This document shows, in pieces, positions 10,337-20,001 of a DNA stretch of 64,000 nt. Under the pieces are notes generated by a model. That model searched no databases. It saw only the letters and a list, made by a program, of their open reading frames with translations, and had not been told where the DNA came from. The translations under genes and the position numbers were made by a program. This DNA is from an uncultured bacterium (GTDB taxonomy: Bacteria; Patescibacteriota; Minisyncoccia; Phycocordibacterales; Phycocordibacteraceae). Each line of letters starts with the position of its first letter. Positions within the stretch are counted from its first letter, which is position 1. The DNA lies in contig CAWKPH010000001.1 of assembly GCA_963851445.1 (NCBI GenBank), positions 425,363 through 489,362 on the forward strand. The letters run 5' to 3'.

Positions 10337-12505
10337 ATGACTAAAACCGTCCGATGGGCTGTACTGGGGGCACTCTTTATTATTCCATTTCTTCCGCTCG
10401 TTGTTTTCAATGGTTTTTTCTTCCCGTTCATTACGGGTAAGAATTTCGCCTTTCGCATCCTTGTTGAGATAGCGTTTGTTGGGTGGATTCTACTTGCGCT
10501 TGTTGATAAAAAATACCTTCCGCGTTTCTCATGGACGTTGGTACTCTACGGTGGGCTTGTCGTGTGGATGGCAATTGCGGATGCGTTTGCCGTAAACTCT
10601 GCAAAGGCGTTCTGGAGTAACTTTGAGCGTATGGACGGTTGGATTACGCTCATTCACGTGTTCCTCTTCTTTGTGGTCGCAGGCGCTGTGCTATCTGCAG
10701 ATAACTTATGGCGCAAGTGGTGGTTGACCTTTCTTGGGGGAGCGACCCTTGTATGTCTGTACGCGGTGTTACAGGTGTTTGGCATCTTTGCCATTCATCA
10801 GGGTGGAGCGCGCGTAGATGCGACGTTTGGTAACGCAGAATATCTCGCCGCATATTTGCTGTTTGCTATTGCAATTTCGATCTGGCAGGCATTTGAGGCG
10901 AAGGAGAAAAGGTGGCTTCGCTACTCGCTCATAGCTCTTACGTTGCTTGAATTACTCATTTTATACTACACAGCAACGCGCGGTGCCATCCTTGGACTTG
11001 TGGCAGCGGCTGGGTTAGGGGCTCTCCTATGGATGTTTGAAGCGGGAAAGACAAGTCGTCGCTACGGGGCAGCCGCACTCGTCATAATCGTGCTGCTCTC
11101 AGGTGGGTTTTTCCTTATTCGCAACAGTGCTTTTGTTCAACATGATCCGACGTTAAATCGTATTGGTTCCATCTCACCTTCTGACGGAGCGACGCGCTTT
11201 ACCATATGGAGTATGGCTTATGAAGGCTTTCTCGCACGCCCAATCACTGGCTGGGGACAGGAAGGTTTTAATTACGTATTCAACCAATACTACAACCCGA
11301 CCCTCTATGCTCAGGAACAATGGTTCGATCGCGCCCATGACATCTATCTCGACTGGCTTGTCGCCGGCGGGCTCCCAGCACTTTTGCTGTTCCTTGGCGT
11401 TCTCGCAAGTATGATCGTCAGCTTCTATCGAAGCAAGACTATTACGAAGACCGAACGCATCATGCTCATCTCGGCACTCGCCGCATACTGTTTCCAAGGC
11501 ATCTTCGTATTCGACAATCTATTCACCTACGTGCCGCTTGCGATGATTCTCGCGATGGCGCACGATGCCTCGTCGCGCCCGATAGCGAAACTTGATACAT
11601 GGAAAGAGCTCTCTGAAAGTACTTTCAATACACTTGCCATCCCGCTCGGGTTGATTGCACTCGTTCTTGTCCTATGGATTGTAAATGTACCAAATGTGCG
11701 AGCAGCAACCGATCTTATTACCGCGATCACGCCTACTGCCGATCCGACAAGCAATATTGCAGTATTCAAGCAGACCTATGCCGACGGGTCATTTGGGGAT
11801 CAGGAAATATCGGAACAGCTTGCTAGTTATGCTGAGCAGGTAGTCTCTGACCAGACTATTTCAAATGCCGACAAGGTAGCCGTTATGACCTATGCACTTC
11901 AGCAGATGCAAATGGAAGTGAATCTTATACCCAAAGATGCTCGTCTTCGGCTCGAATTTGCCATTGCTCTACGCGCAGCAGGAGAATATAACGATGCACT
12001 CACACAAATACATATGGCGGAACAACTTTCACCAACAAAGCAGACAATTCTCGAAGAAGAAGCAATTGAAGAGTGGGATTTAGGAAATAATGCCGCTGCA
12101 TTGGCGGTTCTCACTAAGGCATATCAATTAGATACTTCCGACACCGACACTGCTACATACGAGGCCGCAGCAGATATCATCGATGGAAATATCACAGGGG
12201 GTAAACAATTGTTGCAGCAGGTGTTTAGTACGACTACGGTCGACAATAATGTCCTCGTGGTCGCCTATTACCAGGCAAAGGATTTCCCTGATTTGCTTGA
12301 TGTTCTTGAGAGACAGGTAGTTGATCAGGATAATGCGGCGAGTGCAGAATTCCAGCTTGGAGAGGCATATGCTGATGCAGGAGACATCTCCGATGCCCGA
12401 ACTGAAATCCAGATGGCTATCTCTCAACATCCTGATGTCGCGTCGCAGGGAGCTTCTATCCTAGCGCAAATTCCGGAAGCGGCCTCCACGACAGTATCTA
12501 AATAA
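10337..12505 (+). CDS. O-antigen ligase-like (Wzy_C) polytopic membrane protein with C-terminal TPR-like repeats
   Basis: At least 10 TM helices, YYTATRGAILGL motif typical of the O-antigen ligase/Wzy_C family, and a soluble C-terminal about 250 aa with TPR-like helical repeats. Confidence 0.5.
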   Translation: MTKTVRWAVLGALFIIPFLPLVVFNGFFFPFITGKNFAFRILVEIAFVGWILLALVDKKYLPRFSWTLVLYGGLVVWMAIADAFAVNSAKAFWSNFERMDGWITLIHVFLFFVVAGAVLSADNLWRKWWLTFLGGATLVCLYAVLQVFGIFAIHQGGARVDATFGNAEYLAAYLLFAIAISIWQAFEAKEKRWLRYSLIALTLLELLILYYTATRGAILGLVAAAGLGALLWMFEAGKTSRRYGAAALVIIVLLSGGFFLIRNSAFVQHDPTLNRIGSISPSDGATRFTIWSMAYEGFLARPITGWGQEGFNYVFNQYYNPTLYAQEQWFDRAHDIYLDWLVAGGLPALLLFLGVLASMIVSFYRSKTITKTERIMLISALAAYCFQGIFVFDNLFTYVPLAMILAMAHDASSRPIAKLDTWKELSESTFNTLAIPLGLIALVLVLWIVNVPNVRAATDLITAITPTADPTSNIAVFKQTYADGSFGDQEISEQLASYAEQVVSDQTISNADKVAVMTYALQQMQMEVNLIPKDARLRLEFAIALRAAGEYNDALTQIHMAEQLSPTKQTILEEEAIEEWDLGNNAAALAVLTKAYQLDTSDTDTATYEAAADIIDGNITGGKQLLQQVFSTTTVDNNVLVVAYYQAKDFPDLLDVLERQVVDQDNAASAEFQLGEAYADAGDISDARTEIQMAISQHPDVASQGASILAQIPEAASTTVSK

Positions 12506-12555
12506 AGAATTCCCAAGATAGTCGCGTAAGCGGCAACTATTGATACTATGGGTAG

Positions 12556-13563
12556 ATGACCCTCCGTGAACAAATACCTCTCGCTACTCTCACAACGTTC
12601 AAGGTAGGAGGAAACGCTATGTATGTAGCAGAATGTGAAAATGAAAAAGACGTACAAGCGGCCATCTTGTTTTCAGAGAAGCACGGCCTGCCGTGGTATG
12701 TGATCGGTGGTGGAAGCAATATACTCGCTTCTGATGAAGGCTATAAAGGAGTAATTCTCCATATAAAAGTGGCAGGTATTTCTTTCGAACAAGATAACGG
12801 AGTTATGCGTGTACTTGCTGGTGCAGGAGTACTCTGGGACAAATTGGTTGAGGAAGCGGTGACTCGAGAGTTGTGGGGGCTTGAGAATCTCGCAGGTATC
12901 CCGGGAACCGTAGGGGGCGCACCGGTACAGAACATTGGTGCATATGGCGCCGATGTATCGGAGACTCTTCTGTATGTCGATGCTTTTGATTTGCGAACGC
13001 GACAACTTATGCGATTTACTAAGATGGAATGTTCATTTGGATATCGTGAAAGCCGTTTCAAGCATGACCCTTCACTTATTATCGTACGTGTTGCATTTGG
13101 CCTGAACACACAGGGCACACCACGCGTCGAATATGCGGATCTCACGACCCGCGCACAGGAAGGGGCAATGCTGGATTCGCCGCTTGCCATAGCGACTATC
13201 GTTCGTGAGATTCGATCCAAGAAATTTCCTGATCTTTCACATAGTGGAACTGCGGGCTCGTTCTTCAAGAACCCCACGATCACTCTCCAGGAATATACGG
13301 CACTTCAGTCAAAATACCCAAACATTAAGGGCTTTGTTTCAAATGACAGCGTCAAAGTGTCTTTGGCGTGGATACTCGATCACATCCTGCATATGAAAGG
13401 CTTCAAGAAGGGCGCAGCAAGATTGTATGAACAGCAGCCGCTAGTGCTCGTTGCCGATAGTAAAGCAACACAGAGAGAGGTTAGTGCGCTAGCTCAAGAA
13501 GTTACGAAGCGCGTATATGAGGCAACAGGCATTACGATTGAACCAGAAGTGCGCAGCTTGTAA
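12556..13563 (+). CDS. murB: UDP-N-acetylenolpyruvoylglucosamine reductase
   Basis: LTTFKVGGNA...YVIGGGSNIL FAD-binding N-terminus, GLENLAGIPGTVGGAPVQNIGAYG, and overall colinearity with MurB. Confidence 0.85.
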   Translation: MTLREQIPLATLTTFKVGGNAMYVAECENEKDVQAAILFSEKHGLPWYVIGGGSNILASDEGYKGVILHIKVAGISFEQDNGVMRVLAGAGVLWDKLVEEAVTRELWGLENLAGIPGTVGGAPVQNIGAYGADVSETLLYVDAFDLRTRQLMRFTKMECSFGYRESRFKHDPSLIIVRVAFGLNTQGTPRVEYADLTTRAQEGAMLDSPLAIATIVREIRSKKFPDLSHSGTAGSFFKNPTITLQEYTALQSKYPNIKGFVSNDSVKVSLAWILDHILHMKGFKKGAARLYEQQPLVLVADSKATQREVSALAQEVTKRVYEATGITIEPEVRSL

Positions 13564-13683
13564 CTCGCTGCAAAAATAAATTTGTAATCGCTCTCTATTT
13601 CGCGCACACAAAGTTATCCACACAATTCTTTTTTACTCTCACAAAAATTCTCTACACGCGTAATAATAGTTGCATACACATCC

Positions 13684-13732
13684 GCGCACATAAAATCTTT
13701 TACAGAGTACCCTTGAAAGATTTTATGTGCGC
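13684..13732. promoter_or_regulatory. perfect 17-bp inverted repeat (gcgcacataaaatcttt / aaagattttatgtgcgc) with a 15-nt spacer, 42 nt upstream of a small ORF
   Basis: Seen directly in sequence. No flanking T-run, so an operator or leader hairpin is more likely than a terminator. Confidence 0.5.
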
Positions 13733-13773
13733 GAATGGGTCGACATTAGTCATAGTTCACTTCACCTAAACCT

Positions 13774-13869
13774 ATGGCAGCAAAAAAGAGGAGCGCTAAG
13801 AAGAAAACTGCAAAGAAGGCAGCAAAGCGCCCAGCAAAGAAGGCAGCAAAGCGAAAGAAGCGCATCTAG
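13774..13869 (+). CDS. small lysine/alanine-rich basic protein (31 aa, MAAKKRSAKKKTAKKAAKRPAKKAAKRKKRI)
   Basis: ATG...TAG ORF immediately followed by a strong hairpin terminator. Composition resembles histone H1/HU-tail-like basic peptides. Confidence 0.35.
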   Translation: MAAKKRSAKKKTAKKAAKRPAKKAAKRKKRI

Positions 13870-13870
13870 C

Positions 13871-13906
13871 GCAAAACAAAAGAGGCTCCGTATGGAGCCT
13901 CTTTTG
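13871..13906. terminator. bidirectional rho-independent terminator
   Basis: 12-bp perfect stem (aaaagaggctcc / ggagcctctttt) with a gtat loop and T-runs on both strands. It sits between the convergent small ORF (+) and the 13907..14560 (-) gene. Confidence 0.65.
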
Positions 13907-14560
13907 TTACGTACGCATATCACTCTTTTTCCATTCGACCAATTTCCCTGCCTTGCGTTCCATAGCATCTGCGGGCCGTAGGTACCTAAGGTTTTCTTTT
14001 GGGAAGAGGGGTAAATGGGGCACCTTGTCGAGAGTTTCGGCAATATCCCAGAGCTCATCTTCACTCGTTATCCATTTTGTGTCGAAGCGCATGAGTGAAA
14101 AGGGTTTGGAATACGAGCGCAGTGTTTTTTGCCCGTCGTTATCAAGAAAATATTCATGGAAATAGGAAGCCGCCAATTCCCGCACGCTCTTATAAATAGG
14201 ATCGCGGAAACGAAGGGTTGCATGATTCGTTTTACTAATTGCGCCCCAATAGCCATTCCTTTTATAGAGTGTTATCACATGATCGTCGTCAGCAGGATCA
14301 TTGCGTCCGCGCTCAGTCTTCAAATCAAGTAGAAGCGGTTTCTCATCGAGGAGTAAAAGCGCAGCTGCTGCAAGAAATGCGCCTTCGATACAATGAGCTT
14401 TTCTTTCACGTAGTACACGTCGCACTGACATACAGGTCTCCCCCCGCTTTTCATAATTGATCGGGAGTGAATCGAGAAAATCCTGAATTTTAATAGGAGT
14501 CGAGATTTTTTTTAGAACATCTAGCTCTTCGGAAGTTAATCCATATACGCCCGTTTTCAT
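13907..14560 (-). CDS. hypothetical protein, possible transglutaminase-like/papain-fold cysteine peptidase
   Basis: 217-aa ORF with AHCIEGAFLAAAALLLLD followed by DDHVITLYKRNGYWG, resembling a Cys...His...Asp transglutaminase-like core. Weak call. Confidence 0.3.
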   Translation of the reverse strand: MKTGVYGLTSEELDVLKKISTPIKIQDFLDSLPINYEKRGETCMSVRRVLRERKAHCIEGAFLAAAALLLLDEKPLLLDLKTERGRNDPADDDHVITLYKRNGYWGAISKTNHATLRFRDPIYKSVRELAASYFHEYFLDNDGQKTLRSYSKPFSLMRFDTKWITSEDELWDIAETLDKVPHLPLFPKENLRYLRPADAMERKAGKLVEWKKSDMRT

Positions 14561-14677
14561 TACCTCAATAGTACTGCATGTATCAAGGCTCTACGAGACG
14601 GAAACTTAATGTGGTAACCGAGGAGCCCAAAGACTGCGAAAATAAGCTGAAAATGATATAGTGGCCTATACTTACGC

Positions 14678-17255
14678 ATGTCGAATTTCCTCGGAAAAAT
14701 GTTCACACAAAACCAATCCGCGACCTTTTTGAAGGTCGCGCGAGGTGTTGTAGATAAGGCAAATAGCCTTGCGGATGAACTCGCAGGCCTTTCCCAAGAA
14801 GAGCTCGCGACTCGGCTCGCCTATATAAAGGAACGAACGACAGGTCCCGAAGGTGATAAGGGCTCCTCGGGGGGTACTATGACCGATGCCGATATCGCAG
14901 AGGTCTTCGCACTTGTCCGTGAAGCCTCAACTCGTACCCTCAAAGAAAGACACTATGACGTCCAACTCATGGGAGGTCTCGCACTCGCAAAAGGCAAGAT
15001 CGGCGAAATGCGCACAGGAGAAGGGAAAACCTTGGTCGCAACACTTGCCGCGACCCTGAGGGCACTTGCGGGCAAAGGTGTACACCTTGTCACCGTCAAC
15101 GATTATCTTGCGCGCCGCGATGCCGCTTGGATGGGCCAGATCTATAGCTACCTCGGTCTTACGCTCGGGGTCGTCACCTCGGGCGGCGCGTACCTCTATG
15201 ATGCTTCACATGTATCAAAAGAAGAAAACGCACAAGTTGATGCCGAAGGCTCATTCAAAGTTTTCTATGACTATCTTCGCCCTGCGACGAAAAAAGAGGC
15301 GTACGCCGCCGACATAACCTATGCGACAAACAACGAACTTGGCTTCGATTATTTACGCGACAATGTCGCCTATGATGCCTCACAACTTGTACAGCGCGGA
15401 CACCATTACGCTATTGTGGATGAAGTTGACTCCATCCTTATCGATGAAGCTCGTACGCCGCTCATCATTTCTGGCCCTGCAGGGGACGCTGAAAGTCTGT
15501 ATGAGAAATTTGCGCAGATTGCTGACCGCCTTGTCCCTGAGGAAGACTATACGGTCGATGAAAAACGCCGCCAGATACAGCTCTCGGATCAAGGCATTGA
15601 AAAAACAGAGCAGGCCCTTGGTATTGAGAATCTGTATACCGAAGGAGGTGTTAAGCTTGCACACCACCTGGAGACGGCCGTAAAGGCAAAGGCATTGTTC
15701 AGAAGGGATAAAGAATACGTGGTGCGCCAAAACGACGGTGGCGGCGAGATTGTCATTGTTGATGAGTTTACCGGACGCCTTCAACCCGGAAGGAGATGGT
15801 CAGAAGGACTCCACCAAGCCATCGAAGCCAAAGAAGGTGTCACCGTGCAGAAGGAAACACGAACGTTCGCTTCGGTGACCTTTCAGAATCTCTTTCGCAT
15901 GTATGACGCTCTTGCTGGCATGACGGGTACTGCCTTGTCGTCCGAAGAAGAATTTTATACGGTATATGGTCTTGAGGTTGTTGTTATTCCAACGAACAAA
16001 GAAGTTCAGCGCAAAGACCATGATGATCTGATTTTCCAATCAGTCACGGGTAAATACCAAGCGCTCGTAAAGCAGGTGAAAGAGCTGAACGAGAAGGGAC
16101 AGCCTGTTTTGGTTGGTACGGTTTCCATCGAAGACAACGAAGTCATTAGTCAATATTTCAAAGATGCAAACATTCCCCATGAAGTGCTAAACGCAAAGAA
16201 TCATGAACGCGAGGGTGAGCTCATTGCGCAGGCTGGTGAAAAGGGAAGAGTAACTGTGGCAACGAATCTCGCTGGCCGTGGCGTCGACATTAAGCTTGGG
16301 GGTGCAGTAGCAACTCCTGAAGCTCGCAGAGGAAGTTCGCTCGCTCGGAGGACTCTTTGTTGTCGGTACCGAACGCCACGAAGCCCGCCGTATCGATAAC
16401 CAATTACGCGGACGTTCGGGTCGTCAGGGCGACCCTGGGGGTACACGCTTTTTTGTTTCACTTGAGGACAAACTCATGCGCGTTTTTGCATCGGATATGG
16501 TGAAGAACATGATGGGCACATTCAAGATTCCCGAGGACGAGGCTATCGAAAGTTCATTTATTACCCGTGCGCTTGAGACTGCGCAGAAACGTATCGAAGG
16601 ATTCAACTTCGATTCGCGTAAACAGACTCTTTCATACGACGATGTCCTTAATACACAGCGTCTTGCTATTTACAACCAACGTCGAATTGCACTCACGGGG
16701 TCAGTTGAGGATCTCGAGGCAATGGTGCTCCCGATGATCACGGGCGACGAAGCCGCACAGACTGCCTATGACGAGAAGCGTGGGGAGTTTGGACTCGAAA
16801 CGTTCGCACTTCTTCTGCGGCGCCTTGTCCTGCAAATCATCGACACCTTTTGGCTCGAACACATTGATATGATGGAATACTTGCGTACAAGTGTGTCACT
16901 GCGTGCGTATGGCCAGCGAGATCCTTTAATTGAGTATCGTCGTGAAGGTTCACAGCGTTTTCAAGCTATGCAAGAAAATATAGCTGCCGCGCTTCGTGAG
17001 ACACTGCCGCGCCTTCAGCCTGCTGATGATTCTAAGATCCGCGAACAAGAAGCAAAAGTTCGTAAGCAAATGGTTGCCGTGTCCGAAGGCAGCGATGAAT
17101 CAGCAAACGCCCCTATACCAGCGCCCATCGTAAAAGGCGTTTCCTATGGTCGCAATGACCTTGTTACCATTCAAAAAGGCAACGAGAGACAAACCCTTAA
17201 GTACAAAAAAGCTGAGGTGTTATTAGAAGACGGCTGGATCATAGCTGCAGACTAA
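14678..17255 (+). CDS. secA: preprotein translocase ATPase SecA, interrupted by a +1 frameshift near 16325-16332
   Basis: Colinear with SecA (MRTGEGKTLVATL, VHLVTVNDYLARRD, DEVDSILIDEARTPLIISG, LAGMTGTA, NLAGRGVDIKLGG). Downstream motifs (GGLFVVGTERHEARRIDNQLRGRSGRQGDPG, then MRVFASD...) continue in another frame. Track ORFs 14678..16399 and 16476..17255 are one gene. Confidence 0.9.
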
Positions 17256-17333
17256 AATTACAACTAGCATAATTTGACGGATAGGGTGGCGCCTCGGGTT
17301 CATATGAGGTAGGGTGTACGTACTATATAGAAT

Positions 17334-18311
17334 ATGGCATTTATCGACGAGATAACAATATATGCATCAGCAGGGCACGGTGGCGCAGGCGTCGTGCGGT
17401 GGCTCCATATCAAAGGTAAAGAAAAAGGAGGGCCTGCAGGAGGTGACGGTGGTCGTGGTGGTCACATTATTCTCGAAGGTGTGCGCGATCTCGCAGCACT
17501 TTCGACCTATCGATATGACAAAAAATTTAAGGCAGAGAATGGAAAATCAGGTGACAACAATAACAAACATGGCAGAGACGGGAAAGATGTAATACTCAAA
17601 GTTCCAATCGGAACGGTTGCAAGAAACACGACGACGGGTGAGATCTATGAGATTCTTAAAGCAAAAGAACAAAAGATCATATTCAAAGGAGGTCCTGGAG
17701 GTTTTGGCAATAGCCACTTTAAAAGCTCGACAAATCAAAATCCATACGAGTCTACGCTTGGAAAACCGGGCCAAGGTGGGGATATCCACATAACCCTAAA
17801 AATGATCGCTGATGTTGGATTCATCGGTTTCCCGAATGCCGGCAAGTCCTCGCTCCTCAATGCTTTAACACGCGCGCAGTCGAAAGTGGGTGCCTACCCG
17901 TTTACAACACTTGAACCCCACCTCGGGGAACTGTACGGATATCTTCTCGCTGACATTCCAGGACTAATTGAGGGTGCTTCAAGTGGCAAGGGACTAGGTT
18001 CTAAATTCTTGCGACACATCGAGCGCACTAGATTAATTGCACATCTCGTCTCGGCTGAACAAGAAGACCCTGTCGCAGCCTATATAAAAATACGCAGTGA
18101 ACTTGAGAGGTTCGGTCATGGATTATCCGAGAAACAAGAACTTATAGTGCTCTCGAAGAGCGATATGTTGACACCAAAAGAGCATGATCGGATTAAAAAA
18201 GAACTTGAAAAAGGCTCAGGGAAAGAGGTTGTCTCGGTCACGATTCTGGATGATGAGGCGCTGAAGGCATTTTCGAACAAACTAATGCAGCTCCTTGGTG
18301 AGGGTCAATAG
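17334..18311 (+). CDS. obg: GTPase Obg
   Basis: Glycine-rich Obg fold N-terminus (AGHGGAGVVRW, GGPAGGDGGRGGHIIL) and G-domain (GFIGFPNAGKSSLLNALT, DIPGLIEGA). Confidence 0.9.
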   Translation: MAFIDEITIYASAGHGGAGVVRWLHIKGKEKGGPAGGDGGRGGHIILEGVRDLAALSTYRYDKKFKAENGKSGDNNNKHGRDGKDVILKVPIGTVARNTTTGEIYEILKAKEQKIIFKGGPGGFGNSHFKSSTNQNPYESTLGKPGQGGDIHITLKMIADVGFIGFPNAGKSSLLNALTRAQSKVGAYPFTTLEPHLGELYGYLLADIPGLIEGASSGKGLGSKFLRHIERTRLIAHLVSAEQEDPVAAYIKIRSELERFGHGLSEKQELIVLSKSDMLTPKEHDRIKKELEKGSGKEVVSVTILDDEALKAFSNKLMQLLGEGQ

Positions 18312-18369
18312 CCCGAAAACTATCCTGCATGGGTTGCGAGAAAAGAGCTGTTCGCGCTAAGCTGGGCGC

Positions 18370-19899
18370 ATGGAAGTGAAGAACTTGTATTCAGCAAATG
18401 GCAACAGCGAGATTGAATTGACCGATTCATCCCCCCACTCCGGATACCAACTTACGGTTGGCCTTGAAATACATGCAGAACTTCGCACAAAAACGAAAAT
18501 GTTTTGTGACTGCGCAAATGATCCAGAGGAGAGCAAACCGAATGTGAATGTATGCCCGATATGTGTGGCACACCCAGGAACACTCCCCACGATTAACCGT
18601 ACTGCCGTACATCACGTGCTGCGCGTTGGTAGTGCGATTGGAGGAAATCTATCCGATTATACAGAGTTCGATCGCAAGAGTTATTTTTATCCGGACATAC
18701 CAAAGGGATACCAAATTAGTCAGTATGAACATCCCCTTATATCAGGAGGATCGCTCGTAGGCGTACCGGTAACTCGAATTCATCTTGAAGAAGACACAGC
18801 GCGCTCTTCGCACCATGATTCTCGTAGTAAGGATTCGGAAGGGAATGTATCTGAAAAATCTAGTCGTAGCATTGTGGATTTCAATCGGGCTGGCGTACCG
18901 CTCATGGAGCTCGTCACCGAACCGGAGATACATGACGCCAGGACAGCAGGGGAGTTTGCACGCGAATTACAACTACTTCTTCGAACGCTCGGCGCATCCG
19001 ATGCCAATCTTGAAAAAGGGGAGATGCGTATAGAAGCAAATATTTCTATATCAAAGACAAATGAGCTAGGAACAAAAGTCGAGGTCAAGAACCTTAATTC
19101 ATTTCGTTCAGTCGAGCGAGCGATCGCATTTGAAATTGATCGTCAAAGTAAGGTTCTTGATGGGGGAGGAAAAGTTGTTCAGGAAACACGTGGTTGGGAT
19201 GAAGATATGCAGCATACGTTCTCACAGCGTCTCAAAGAGGGGAGTGCTGATTATCGCTATTTCCCGGAGCCAGATCTACCGAAACTTGTACTCTCTAAAA
19301 TTCCTGAGTTCTCTCACGAAACGCTCGTGGCTTCTCTACCGGAGCTGCCATGGGATCGTAGAGCGCGCTATGGCGGGCTTGGTCTCAAAGAAACCGACGC
19401 GACATTTTTGATGGATACGAAAAAACGAAGCGAATTTTTTGACGCCGTACTTGAGAAGCTTTTGGTACAGAAGAATGCACGGGAGTTAATAACGCTTGCA
19501 GTGAATTACATAGTTTCCGATCTTGGTGGCTACTATGCAAAAAATACGAGCGAGGAATTTTCGAATATTTCTCCCGACACATTTATCGAACTTATAACTA
19601 TGCTTAGCGCGAATGAGCTCTCCTCACGGGGCGCTAAGGATGTGCTTACGGTTATGGCGCAGACTGGTGGAAATCCCAAAAAAATTGCAAGCGATAAGCA
19701 TCTTTTACAAGTGAGCGATCCACAGATTCTACGGACAAGCGTACAGGAGGTCATGGCAGCGAATCCAGAGGTTGTCGAGGAGTACCGATCGGGTAAGGAG
19801 TCTGTCCTACAATTTCTTGTGGGGCAGTCGATGAAGGCAACCAAGGGAGCAGGCAATCCAGAGATCCTTCGGAAAATTCTTCTCGAGGAGCTTTCGTAA
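18370..19899 (+). CDS. gatB: aspartyl/glutamyl-tRNA(Asn/Gln) amidotransferase subunit B
   Basis: GLEIHAEL, CDCANDPE, CPICVAHPGTLP, SYFYPDIPKGYQISQ, VTRIHLEEDTA, then C-terminal GatB/YqeY domain. Confidence 0.9.
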   Translation: MEVKNLYSANGNSEIELTDSSPHSGYQLTVGLEIHAELRTKTKMFCDCANDPEESKPNVNVCPICVAHPGTLPTINRTAVHHVLRVGSAIGGNLSDYTEFDRKSYFYPDIPKGYQISQYEHPLISGGSLVGVPVTRIHLEEDTARSSHHDSRSKDSEGNVSEKSSRSIVDFNRAGVPLMELVTEPEIHDARTAGEFARELQLLLRTLGASDANLEKGEMRIEANISISKTNELGTKVEVKNLNSFRSVERAIAFEIDRQSKVLDGGGKVVQETRGWDEDMQHTFSQRLKEGSADYRYFPEPDLPKLVLSKIPEFSHETLVASLPELPWDRRARYGGLGLKETDATFLMDTKKRSEFFDAVLEKLLVQKNARELITLAVNYIVSDLGGYYAKNTSEEFSNISPDTFIELITMLSANELSSRGAKDVLTVMAQTGGNPKKIASDKHLLQVSDPQILRTSVQEVMAANPEVVEEYRSGKESVLQFLVGQSMKATKGAGNPEILRKILLEELS

Positions 19900-20001
19900 C
19901 AAAGAGAATGAGGAAAGTGATTTACGGCACTGTATTTTTCAGAATTTTCAATCTGTTGATAAACTTCTTTATTCGAGACAAGAAAACTATATAATTCAAA
20001 G

